Shown piece by piece: positions 37,718-50,016 of a stretch of 64,000 bases of DNA; within the stretch, counting starts at the first letter, position 1; the number at the start of each line of letters is the position of its first letter. The translations under genes were made by a program, and so were the position numbers. The DNA lies in NCBI GenBank assembly GCA_951406725.2, contig OX597815.1, forward strand, positions 1,426,001 to 1,490,000, in the 5' to 3' direction. The stretch comes from Octopus vulgaris. Lineage: Eukaryota. The notes beneath the pieces were generated by a model. That model did not search any database. It was not told where the DNA came from and was given only the letters and a program-made list of their open reading frames with translations.

Positions 37718-40700
37718 CTAAAAATATAAAATAGTTTTGATAACAATATTAAAGACAACAACAACAACAGTTATGAGAAAAATATTTGGAATATTCAAAG
37801 CCATCTGTTAATAACAATCTACAATTTAGAAATTTGAAAAAGATAACGAGAAAAATTAATTAAAATTTTTTACAATGAGAAATTTCATGAATGGCAATGT
37901 GGTTTCATATCAGAAAGATTTTGATTAGTTTCTTTAACGAGGAAAAGAAATTTAAATTGAAATTTACATTCAGCTTTGTTGGTCTCGTATCCAAATCCCT
38001 GTATGTCGATGTCATATCTGTACAGCTGTTTCGTGTTTATTGTATCTGTACTCCTAAATATATATATATGTAATATCTGTACTTTCGTTATACATACATC
38101 ATACTTGCATTCCTGTGATATATACGTGTCATACCTGTACCTCTCTTGACCTAATTACATCTGCACGTCCCCTCACCAACTCTATGCACTCAGAAATACA
38201 AAACATCACCGTCACAAAATAAAACAAGACAATAAAATAGAGAAGTGAATTTTTGCAATAAAATTATTTTTTAAGTCAGTTTAGTTTATGTGTACACATC
38301 TTCAACTCGTTGTTTTGATTTTTTTTGGTCCAGTCCTCATCTGGTTGTGGGTCCCTTTGGGTTCTCATGTACGAGTGCTGATCTGTTTCTCTTCCCATTT
38401 CTTTATTTCCCCTTCTTCAACCCCTTCTCCTCTATCTATTTACCAATCCCGATACATTTACATATGAAGTGGGTTGGTTCATGATCCTCATTCAACCCAT
38501 TTTCCATGCTGGCATGGGTTGGATGGTTTGGGTGGAAAGTGGCACGGCTGGGAGTGGTGGCGAAGGACCCATACCAGGTTCCAGTCATCTATTTTGGTAT
38601 GGTTTCTGTAGCTGGACGCCCACCCTCAACCATTTCACAGAGTGCGCTAGGTATTTTTCACATGGAACCAGCATGAGTGCTTCTCACGTGTGCCGGCGTG
38701 AGTGCCACCCTCATGGCACTGGCATGAGTGCACCATCATCATTTAACGTCCACTTTTCCATGCTGGCATGGGTCAGATTCTCTATTGTTGAGGCAGATTC
38801 TCTATGGCCGGACACCATTTCTATCACCAATCCTCACCTGCATCCAGGTGAAGGTAATATTTCCTTCCTATGGTCGGAGAAGTTTTAACGCTTGTAGGAC
38901 AGTGATGCTTGTTTACAGCCATCATCTGATGCCAAGACAAGGAGACAGGAATGACCTTAGCAACAACAGGAACAATATCACTATTCTTTACATCAGGAAT
39001 AATAGAAGTACATGTAAATGATGATGATGATGATGATGATGAATAAGAAGATTAAGCAGTTTGCTAATTGAACTCCACAGAAACAAAGATGAAGGGTTGC
39101 AGGAGCTGTTACGGGTTCCATTCTGTGTCCTGGCCATGCACTTCCAGCTGCTTCCTTTCCGCTCTTTTAACCTTTCCCAAAGAGTTATACAGCATCCAGG
39201 CAGCAGTGTGGTAAGAAGTTTGCTTCCCAACCACATCAGTTGTAAGACTATGACCATGCTGGAGCACTGTCTTTATTCTTCTATCAGTTTTGTTGTCACT
39301 TTATGGCTGGAAGTTGGCCTATAATTGAGTGTTGTTGCAGCTGATCTTCCCCGAGTGTATCCTTGAATGCTTGGCTGGTCTGGTAGCATCATTAGGAGTT
39401 CATCCCATGTTGTTGTTTTTTAATGTTACAGTAAGTGTTTTTTATTTTTTCTGATTTCTTTAGGAAAACAGTTGAAGAGTTGAGGACCCCTAAATATTAG
39501 ACTGGCACAATAGAGAGTTTTAGCTTGTGATTTCAAAGATGGTACTTTTGGAAGCTGACAGTAGCCACCAATTCATGCATTAAAATCTTCTCTAATACGG
39601 AAGTTTAGAAAATGCTCCTTCAGGATTTTGCTGAACTGCTAAGTTATGAGGACATATTCAAACCAACAGCAGTTGTCAAGTGGTGGTGGTGGTGGAAGAC
39701 AAACACACACACAAGTGATTTCCATCAACTATATCCACTCAGAAGGAATTGGTTGGCCCAGGGTTACAGAAGAAGACACTTACCAAAGTGCTGTGCAGTG
39801 GGATTGAACCTGAAGCCATGTGGTTCCAAAGTAAGCTTCTTAACAACACAGCCTTGCTTTTATTTGTTTTATCTATTTTTTTTAAAACCTAAAGCATTCA
39901 AACTGGCCAGATCTGTCCTCTCACACCTACCCCACAATGTCTTTCTAAAAATCAACAATTATATCATTGAAATCTCAAAGGTACCAGATAATACACAATT
40001 AATTCAAAACAACTGGAATTAATAAGGATCGCACTTGACAAAATAGTCTGAATGCCAAAGGGTCAAAGAGATCCCTGATTATATCCAATAAACATTATTT
40101 ACTGAATGAAACTAGAATAATGGTTTCACCTTTTGGCACAAGGCCAGCAATTTAGGGGCAGAGTGGGGGATAAGTCGATTGCACTGACCCCCCTCCCATC
40201 CCCAGTGACCAATTCATACTTATTGACCCTGAAAGGATGAAAGGCAAAGTGAGCCTCAGCAGAACTGAACTCACAATGTAAAGAACTAGAACATTTTGCT
40301 GAGTTCCTAGTTCTGCCAGTTTACCATTTTTAGTGAAACTACAATATAATATTGATCATACTGTACAGTTATTGTTTAATCTAAATCTTGACTAATTAAC
40401 TAATCAATATTTTAACTCGTTAATATGCTTAAATGAGCTCTTAACTCTTCAAGACAAGTTTTTTCTAAGATTGAAATGCAGTTAGAAAGTGACTATGGAA
40501 CCAAAAAAGATGGTTTTCTTCTTTGAAGACTTTGGAGAAAGAAAAAAACCCCAACAAAACCTCAAATATCTTTGTTAATTTGTGTTGTTTCTGAAAATGA
40601 ATTGGAGATCCCTGATGAAAGAGTTATTTTCAGAACCATTATATGAAAGAAAGTAATTTTTTTGTTTTGAAATAACATTAAAAAGTGAGAGACAACCATG

Positions 40701-41035
40701 TCATTAGATAAATCATCAAAAGAGATAAAAATATAATGTTTAATGCACAACAGCAGGAAATAAAACATTTGTATAATATAAAGACACGTTCAGTGCTTGA
40801 AACCTGCAATTTATTATTATTATAATTAATAATGATAATAATAATAATAATAATAATAATAGTGATCCAGAAGACAGTATTATTGGGCACAGCTCACATT
40901 CTAAGGAGAATATTGTCTCTTTGAGTCACAGAGGAAGGCACTACTTGAAACCTTTGGTGATTTGTTATTGTCTGCTTTCGAGTAAGGAACATCTGGTAAG
41001 TGAGAACTATGCCAGAGTCTTTCATAATAATAATG

Positions 41036-41069
<34 letters not shown>

Positions 41070-41206
41070 CAATAACAACAACAGACGTTCAAAATGTGTA
41101 AAAGGAAAACACTGACGGGTGATTTCTAGCTTTTTGTCATCCCAAGCTGTTTCTTTATGGAACTACTACCACTTTACTACAACAGGTACTACAGCAGGTG
41201 ACATAC

Positions 41207-41239
41207 TGGAGAAGTGAGGGGTGGGGGACAATGGAAACA
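41207..41239 (-). CDS. candidate additional 33-nt cassette microexon (VFPLSPTPHFS)
   Basis: cctccacctgcatcAG|TGTTTCCATTGTCCCCCACCCCTCACTTCTCCA|GTATGT; phase 1-1 and stop-free, but with weaker sites and less typical composition. Confidence 0.3.
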
Positions 41240-42093
41240 CTGATGCAGGTGGAGGTGGAGGTGGTGGGTTGACACAAAAAAAAATCAACAGAAAACAATG
41301 ACAACCAGGAGTGAACCAATCCCATGTTGACAAAGATTTTACAATTCATCCTCTTTTATGTGTGAGGTGGAATAGAAGTTGCCAGAGAAAAGTAAATATT
41401 TTGGGATGTTGCGTCTCATTTCGGCAATTCGCTCTTCAAGTGCACAAACAGCCTAAACCTACAATCAACTAAAGAAGTGGAAATAGAACACACACACACA
41501 CACTGCACAGTGAGAATGAGTGCTCAACACCACATTGATGGAGAAATATTCTTAATTTGGGGATTAATAAGGCTACTGAGGCTTTCATGTGAAGAAATCC
41601 TCATAACGGTTCAAGCGTACCACATGGAAGTGTTGGTACTCATCTTTATTTTGGATGAGAATCCAAAATGGGGAGGAGTACCAACACTTCCATGTAGCAT
41701 GCTCAAACAATTGTGAAGATTTGTTCACATGAAACTATTGGTAGCCTTGATACCCCATAAATAAATAATATTTATCCACTAATGCTGTATTGAGTATTCA
41801 TTCTCACTGTTCAGTATTTGTGTGTGAGTGTGTGTGTGTGTGTGTAAGGCATGAATCAATGAAGATGCAGGGATTAAAATATTCTTTTGTTGTATCCTTG
41901 ACGGTTTCACAACATGAGATGATTAAAATAAGGAGAAGTGACAAACAACAGATGGAGCATTATTTAATGTTCACCAGAGGAACATGCAATGTTATCAATA
42001 ACCAATACAATTGATATACGGAGGAAACAACCACAACCACAGGGTGATAAAACGAATCTGCAATGAAATCCGTGGCATGCAGTGAGGACTTAC

Positions 42094-42111
42094 CTGGAGG
42101 AGGGGCCCAGG
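42094..42111 (-). CDS. LITAF: LITAF-like gene, 18-nt microexon (AWAPPP)
   Basis: ttgttacccaacAG|CCTGGGCCCCTCCTCCAG|GTAAGT; phase 1-1, perfect donor, upstream aaCTAAT branch-like motif, sequence similar to the 33-nt exon. Confidence 0.75.
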
Positions 42112-42936
42112 CTGTTGGGTAACAAATTTGTTAAAATTTCATTAGTTTCATTGAGACGAAAAGCAAAATGATTAATATGCAAATTCATGCGAGGATGTCA
42201 ACAGATTAACTCGTTTGATACCAATATGCCCAAGATCATGTTTGCTGTTTTAAATCAAAACCTTCCATGAAAATTTAATGTTAAAATTCTAAATGTTCAT
42301 TTAATAATGACAAATTTATTTTAGTAAGTTCTTTATTATTTTCAAAATGAATTGAAACAAAGGAAGCAATGCTTTTCAACAGAAATACGGTAAGAAAAGG
42401 GTTCTGATCAAACAGTTCCAAAATTATGATTAATGGTAGCAGTGGAAATATCTCGGTCTCCTCTTCATTTAAGGTTTCAAATTTTCAGAAGATAGAGAAA
42501 TGAGATTCTGTGTCATGTTGGGTCGACTAAAGAGGTAGCAGAAAAACTAGAGGAGTTTGTTGGACACTGGCTGAGGTACTCAGAGTTGTTCTGATGTGGA
42601 GGGCAACGGTACCTTGACTATTAACGAACTTAGTATAATGGAATGTAACATGTGAACATTTGCCATGATCACAGACGTCCCATCCATGACCATTCCATTT
42701 TTTACTTTTTCCAAATCTTCCAATAAGTATTTTCTTTCCTAAATTTGTTTTAAAGTTGTTAGAATATTGTGAAGATTTGGCTACTGTTTCTAGCAGACTC
42801 AGTGACCAGATTCTCCACTGAAACCATTTCTATATATAAGAGAAGCAAAAATATTATGAAGAAAACAATCTGAAAAAAAAAAACAAAATTTGGATTTAAA
42901 AAATCCTCTTGTTCCACATCGAAGCAAATGTAAAAT

Positions 42937-42969
<33 letters not shown>

Positions 42970-43473
42970 GATGCATGCAAGCACACACACAAACACATGC
43001 ACACCATACACAGCTCTTTGAAGAGAGAAAATCTCTTAACATGTGGCTTCCAAGTAGATTGAAACAATATGGACTTTCTTCTTCGTTTTACATCATGTAA
43101 TTGCATCATGTTGTTACTACATGTTGTAAGAACACTGTGTCATGTTAGTGCAGTTGATCCCAAACTTAGAGCAAACAGAAAAAGTATTTTAGAGCATTTT
43201 GTGAAAAAAATGTCAGGCACTTGTACAGGTTTTTGGTAATATACTAAAAAAAGGTGGGGGGGGGGGTGATTTATCTATTTTAACTAATAAATGATTTTAA
43301 ACATTAGTAAATCAAAAAAATTTTTTACCCAAAGTATAATTATGAAAACAATATGTAAAATTTGTGTATTTTTTAAATATAATTATTTCATTTTCAGAGC
43401 ACAGTTTGAAAAGTCCTGTATTAAGGTCCACATTAGGTTAGACCATTTTGTTAGCATTTACATATTTAGTTAA

Positions 43474-43695
43474 CCCTTTCATTACCAACCCGGCCAAAAC
43501 CAGCTCTGGCTCTGTCGTACAAAGTCTTGTTTTCATAAGTTTTGAATTAAAATCTTCCACCAAACCTTAGTCACAGTTTACGTTCCTAACACTAGCTTAA
43601 ACGATAACCAAGTTATTTTACTAAATTCTTGGTTATATTTTAAAATGATTGAAAGAAACACAGAGCATCTCAAAATAGATACAGTAACGAAAGGG
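43474..43695. mobile_element. piggyBac-like MITE
   Basis: TTAA|CCCTTTCATTAC...GTAACGAAAGGG|TTAA. Degenerate relatives at ~27948-28738 (interrupted by the mariner), ~42206-42405 and ~13655-13820. Confidence 0.8.
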
Positions 43696-44298
43696 TTAAA
43701 TATTCAGTCGTAAATATTTCCACACCGACAGTGAATATCAAATAGACTGCAGAGAAGATTTATCAGCCAATGGGGAATATCAACATTCAGCAGTGAATGT
43801 TAAACAGTTATCAATGGATATCAAACAGCTTACAGTAAACTGTTGCTAGCCAGCAGTGAATATTGAATGGAAGGCAGTCAATGTTTAAAAACTTCTGCAC
43901 CAATTTCTGTCCATGGGAATAAAGTTATAAAGATTTTGAATTTGTTTTTTTCATATTCCTGAAAACAATGTCTGTTGTTGCTTTCAGTAAACAGTGGAAT
44001 TTGGAGAGACGGTAGCTGAAGGCCAACCATTTTGTACAACCAATGGTTTCAGTTGGTATCAAAGAATGTAAGATATTTAAATGACAAAAAAAAAAGAAAA
44101 AAAAAAAAGAAAAATTAGCATTGATTGATGACAAGACCCAAGATTAATGAGTGAGGATTAGGTGAATGAGGCCACTGACTAATGACTTTTGATGAAGACT
44201 AGGTCTTAGACTTAAATAGTCAACACGGTGCAATGTACTACATGATTAGGGTTAGGTTAGTGTGCCACATGAGTGGACGAGGAGGAATAATAACTTAC

Positions 44299-44331
44299 CA
44301 TGAGGAGGAGGTGGAGGAGGAGGAATCCAAG
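44299..44331 (-). CDS. LITAF: LITAF-like gene, 33-nt microexon (AWIPPPPPPPH)
   Basis: ttctaattcctgtctttcAG|CTTGGATTCCTCCTCCTCCACCTCCTCCTCATG|GTAAGT; phase 1-1, consensus splice sites, polyproline. Confidence 0.8.
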
Positions 44332-44836
44332 CTGAAAGACAGGAATTAGAAGAAAAGCAGGCTTAATTAGGGTATTTAGCAGATGAGAACAAAGGGTTTG
44401 AAGAATTTGGAAAGACTTCATTGGGAAAGAAAAAAAAAACAATGTTATCAAAAACCCAAAATGATTCTGAAAAATTAAATAAAATAAATATATTTTGGTC
44501 TTCATCTGAATATAAGAAAATATTCCATTAAGTTTTAACGTGTAAGAGTAATTATCATATATTACAGGATAAAATCTGGAATCTATGGAAAATTAAGGAG
44601 GGGTTGCAGGGACATCATCATAATCCTCATTTAATATCTGTTTTCCATGCTGGCATGGGTTGGATGGTTTGACAGGGGCTGGGCAAGGCTGGAGAGCTGT
44701 ATCAGAGAGAATTAGTCTCTTTTGGTTTCCACAGGTGGAGGCCCTTCATAATGCCAACCACTTTACAGAGTGGACTGGGTGCATTTTATCTGGCACCATC
44801 ACTGACAGGGTCACCACATACCTTGCAAGATGAAAG

Positions 44837-44902
<66 letters not shown>

Positions 44903-45404
44903 ATACAGAATATTAATATGTCTAATTGATGAACCTAATTAATCTCTGACATTCATCATCATCATCATCATCGTATAACGTCCGTTCTCCATGCTAGCAT
45001 GGGTTGGACGGTTCGACTGGGGATCTGGGAAGCCAGAAGGCTGCACCAGGCTCCGGTCTTATCTGGCAAAGTTTCTACAGCTGGATGCCCTCTCTGATTA
45101 TACATCTGTCCTTGTTTATCTTGGAAGTTTGGTTCCAAAATGTTGTGTGGACACCCCCAGATGATAAGTAGGCTAGTCCAATACGTATAAATAGTGGACG
45201 TGATAGCTAGATGAGAAGCGTCAAGTAGAGCAAGTCGGAGCCGTTGGTAGAGTAGACGTCGAGTTCTGTTGAGTCGTCGGAATTGAGAGTTTGGTAGTTG
45301 AGTGGAGGTACATCATTGGCGAAGGTACACCATCCGAATGTGCGATAAAAAACAAAAGGACAACAAGGATAAATGAATTAGTTTCCATGCACTTTGTAAA
45401 GGCA

Positions 45405-46070
45405 ATCATCATCATCATCGTTGTTGTTGTTTAACGTCTGCTTTCCATGCTGGCATCGGTTGCACCAGGCTCTCTAATTTGATCTGGCAATATTTCTACA
45501 GCTGGATACCCTTCCTAACACCAACTACTCCAAGAGTGTAGTGAGTGCTTTTTACGTGCCACCAGTATGAGGGCCAATCAGGCTGCACTGGCATCAACCC
45601 ACGCTTGAATGGTGTTTATTACATGCCACCAGCACAGGTGCCAGTCAGGTGGCACTGGCATTGGCCACACTTGGAGTTTTTTACGTGCCACCAGCACGGT
45701 CACAACTACATTTTCCATTCCTGATTTCAATTTTGATTTGATTTTTGACTTTATTTCACTCAAAAGGTCTTCTCAAGCACAGCATATCGCCTGATGATTC
45801 AAGGGTACTTTTTAAATGGACTGGTTATGCAACACTGGTATAGGCTACGTCTGTGATCTCACTTGGCCTGCCAGGTCTTCCCAATCACAGCATATCTCCA
45901 AAGGTTTCAGTCTCTTGTCATTGCTTCTGTAAGGTCCAGTGTTCGAAGGTCATGCTTCACCACCTCATTCCATGTCTTCCTGGGTCTCCCTCTTCCATGG
46001 ATTCCTTCCACTGTTAGGGTGTGACACTTCTTCACACAGCTCTCCTCATCCGTCCCATGAGTGTACCATA
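45405..46070 (-). mobile_element. 5'-truncated RTE LINE, same family
   Basis: Collinear with 11737-12400 (CATGTCTTCCTGGGTCTCCC = GRPRKTW; CTTCTTCACACAGCTCTCCTCATCC). Confidence 0.82.
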
Positions 46071-47545
46071 TTAATTCTGACCCCTGATTAATGAATTGAT
46101 GACAAACGAGGTTACATGAATTATAGTTAATTGTAATTAGCTGTTAATTGCAAATAACTGCTAGCTGCTTCTACCGTTCTACACAAAACAACGACTGCTA
46201 ATCTGTTTAGAAGAAAAAGTCATTTGAAATTCTTGGAAACTTGTTTTTTTCAGTTTCCCCTCAAACCATGTGACTGTGTGGTAAGAAGCTGGCTTCCAAA
46301 CCACATGGTTCCAGGTTCAGTCCCACAGCACGGCACCTTGGGCAAGTGTCTTTTACTATAGCCTCAGGCCAACCAATGGCTTGTAAGTGGATTTGGTAGA
46401 TAGAAACTGAAAGAAGCCCATCATCTATATGTATATGCATGTGTGTTCTTGTCTGTGTTTGTCCACCCCACCCCCACTGCTTGACAACCGGTGTTGGTGT
46501 ATTTACATCCCCATAACTTAGCGATTCAACTAAAAAGACTGATAGAATAAGTACTAGACTTAAAATAAGTCCTGGGGTTGATTCATTTGACTAAAACCTC
46601 TTCAAGGTGGTGCCCCAGCATGGCCATGACTGAAACAAATATCCTTGCCTAAACAGCCTGGGATAGTTATAAATAAATATCGTTTTCCGTGTTCCATGGA
46701 AAACATGCTTGGAAGAGAGGAGGGTTGGTGACAGGAAGGGCGCCCATCCAGCTGAGGAACGTTTGCTTCCATCAGAGCCAAGATAAGCATTGAAAAGTGG
46801 ATGTTAAATGAGGATGCTGAAAGGGCAGCACCTGTGGCTTTTCACAGGGCCTCAACCCAGACCACAACCCAAGACTGGGTAGTGGTGGTGGTGGTGGTGG
46901 TGGGGAAGTGAGGAAGAAGGAAGTTTTCATCAGAATATCTGCAACAGACAGGACTGTGAAAAGGTGGGTGATGTAGTATTGGAAACAGATTACAAGAAAT
47001 GTCAGAGTGTCGGGTGGGGTGGGGAGAGGTCATTGGTGGAACAACAACAATTCCTAGTTTGGTCAATATTTTGTAATAGAGTCCAGCTGGAAGAATTGTT
47101 AGCACAGCAGGCAAAATGCTGAGCGGAATTTCGTCTGTCTGTCTGTTTGTCTTTCCACACTGCATTCAAATTCTACCGTGGTGGACTTCGCCTTTCATCC
47201 TTTCAGGGTCAATAAAATGAGTACCAGTTATACACTGGGGTCAATGTAATTGATTAGCTTCTTCTCCAAACTTTCTGGCCTTGTCCCACAATCTGAAATC
47301 AGAACTGTATACAACAGCAACAACAACAAGTAGAAACATTGTAGGTAGTGGTGATGGTGGAGGTGGTGATGATGATGAGGAAGATGAAGATGGCAGTGAT
47401 GGTGATGAAGCTGAAAGCTTGAAGAAATAAAAGTTCCAGTTTACCTTAAAAAAAAAAGAAAAAGAGTTTTAGATAAATTAAATCTGAAAAAAAGCAAAAA
47501 GGGAAACAATTTTGTCATAACAAAGGCCTTTTGGTTAATACTCTT

Positions 47546-47945
47546 TTACTCTTTTACTTGTTTCAGTCATTTGACTGCGGCCATGCTGGAGCACCGCCTT
47601 TAGTCGAGCAAATCGACCCCCAGGACTTGTTCTTTGTAAGCCCAGTACTTATTCCATCGGTCTCTTTTGCCGAACCGCTAAGTGACGGGGACGTAAACAC
47701 ACCAGCATCGGTTGTCAAGCAATGCTAGGGAGACAAACACAGACACACAAACATACACATACATACATACATACATATATATACATATATACGACAGGCT
47801 TCTTTCAGTTTCCGTCTACCAAATCCACTCACAAGGCATTGGTCGGCCCGAGGCTATAGCAGAAGACACTTGCCAAAGATGCCACACAGTGGGACTGAAC
47901 CCGGAACCATGTGATTGGCAAACAAGCAACTTACCACACAGCCAT
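47546..47945 (-). mobile_element. tRNA-derived SINE, near full length
   Basis: Reverse complement of the 15640-16040 family. Confidence 0.88.
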
Positions 47946-49010
47946 AGCTTTGATTTCAATGCTTCACAGATGGCCATCCAGCCTCAAGTCAATCCATATC
48001 CATCTTAGATACTTAAAATAGATTCATCAGTGATAGATTTGTCTCCATCATGAACAAAAGTAATGCAAGCAAACTCTATATAGTCTCTGGAACTGCTAGA
48101 AATAGCAGCAAATTCTTAAAATCACACCTTATTGTCTTAAACAAGGAAAGAATACATACATCCTTACACAATGCTAAAAAGACAGGATGCTCATGGCTGG
48201 AATGTCTTTCATTATAGGTTTACTTGATCTGGACTGACCTACAGTTAAACAACAGCAGGATGAATATAAATTGATACAACTAAACTAAACTCAACAAAAT
48301 CTGGAATAATGGTTTTCTCTCAATTCCTGGATCGAGCAGTGCAGTTTGTTCTGAAGCAAAATGCTCCAATACACACTGCTTCAGTCCATTCAGCTGTAAA
48401 TAAGGACCCTTGTGAAGGGAATGTTGTGACCACGGTCACTTATACCACATGGAAACAAGATGGCCGAGCCCTATTAAGTTTAACGTCCGTTTTCCATGCT
48501 AGCATGGGTTGGACGGTTTGACCGGGGTCTGGGAAGCCAGGAAGCTGCACCAGGCTCCAGTCTGATCTGGCAGAGCTTCTACAACTGGATGCCTTTCCTA
48601 ATGCCAACCACTCCGTGAGTATAATGGGTGCTTTTTATGTGCCACCGGCACAGGTGCCAGGGGAGGCTGGCAACGGCCACGATTGGTTGGTGCTTTTTAC
48701 ATGCCACTGGCACGGAAGCCAGTCAAGGTGGCACTGGCATCGACCACGTATGGATGGTGCTTTTTATGTGCCACCGGCACAGGTGCCAGGGGAGGCTGGC
48801 AACGACCATGATCAGTTGGTGGTTTTTACATGCTGTGGATGAAAATGTAAGTTTGGACAAAATTCACTTGAGTGGATCACTGAAGGTTTTATATCCCAGA
48901 ATTCCATCCGAGTCGAGAGAGACAGAGACAGGGTTTGGATATTGGACCTGTCATTCATGGTTAAACTGTTGCGTAGGAATCTAAAAGGAAATTGTTGAGA
49001 TAATAGTTAC

Positions 49011-49040
49011 CTTGGCCACCAAGGGGAGCTGGTCCATATT
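49011..49040 (-). CDS. LITAF: LITAF-like gene, 30-nt microexon (EYGPAPLGGQ)
   Basis: cttttaatctgtttcAG|AATATGGACCAGCTCCCCTTGGTGGCCAAG|GTAACT; phase 1-1, in frame, Pro/Gly/Tyr-rich like the first coding exon. Confidence 0.78.
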
Positions 49041-50016
49041 CTGAAACAGATTAAAAGATGAGTATGAGAAAGTACTGAGAGGGAGAGAGAGAGGAGAAAA
49101 AGACAGAGAAGAAAACAAAACAAAATTATAAAGGGAGCAAAAGAGGGAGTTTGTGCCGGAGTCGCAAGAGTCGACAGGCAACACACACTTTGAGTTGGCA
49201 CAGTTTGCAATAATAATCAGATATGAATTTTTTTAATCCTTTAACACTCAGATTACTGTCAAATATAATGCTTATTTAATCACGAGCTTTTAATTAATCC
49301 TGTTTTATCTTGTAGCTTGAAGATTTTGAAAATGTGATTGTTAATGACATTGTAGGGTAGGTGTGAGAGGCTGAATCTGGTCAGTACGGACATAAAACAG
49401 GTAGAATATATGGGCCAAATATGGCCAGTTTAAATTCAAAAGAGTTTAAGATAAAATATGTGTGTGTGTGTGTGTATCTATCCTTCTATCTCATGCTGTC
49501 TGTTCTATTTGCATCTGACGTTGATCCCCCTGCTGAGCCACTAAATTCTCTCTCCTTCGTCACACCCCCCTCACCCTTTCTCCCATGCAACCTCTACCCA
49601 CCCACACACCCTGTCCCCACTCCTTTTTACTCACGCAACACCTTGAGGGTCCACCCTCACACCTCATCCCTATTTCTATTTCTTTTCAGCTCCACCTCCC
49701 CAATCACCCCACCACCCATGTAGCTCTTCTTCAGCACCGGACCTTTTCCTCTTCTGGTCCCTTCTCTCGAACTTTAACCCCCTCATCTCTGAACACAAAA
49801 CTCCTCACTCACAATCCATTGTCTTGCAAGCTGTACGGTCAGTGTTGGTGCCACGGAAGAAAGCACCCAGCACACAATGCAAACGGGTTGGCATTAGGAA
49901 GGATGGCCACCTGTAGAAACCATTCCAAAGTGGACAGTGGAGCAGGATGTAGTTCTTGGACACATTGGATTCAGTCAAACTGTCCAACCCATGCCAGCAT
50001 GGAACGTGGATGTTAA

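Noticed and set aside
44246-44260. Telomere-like TTAGGGTTAGGTTAG
   Set aside because: Fewer than three units, which is expected by chance
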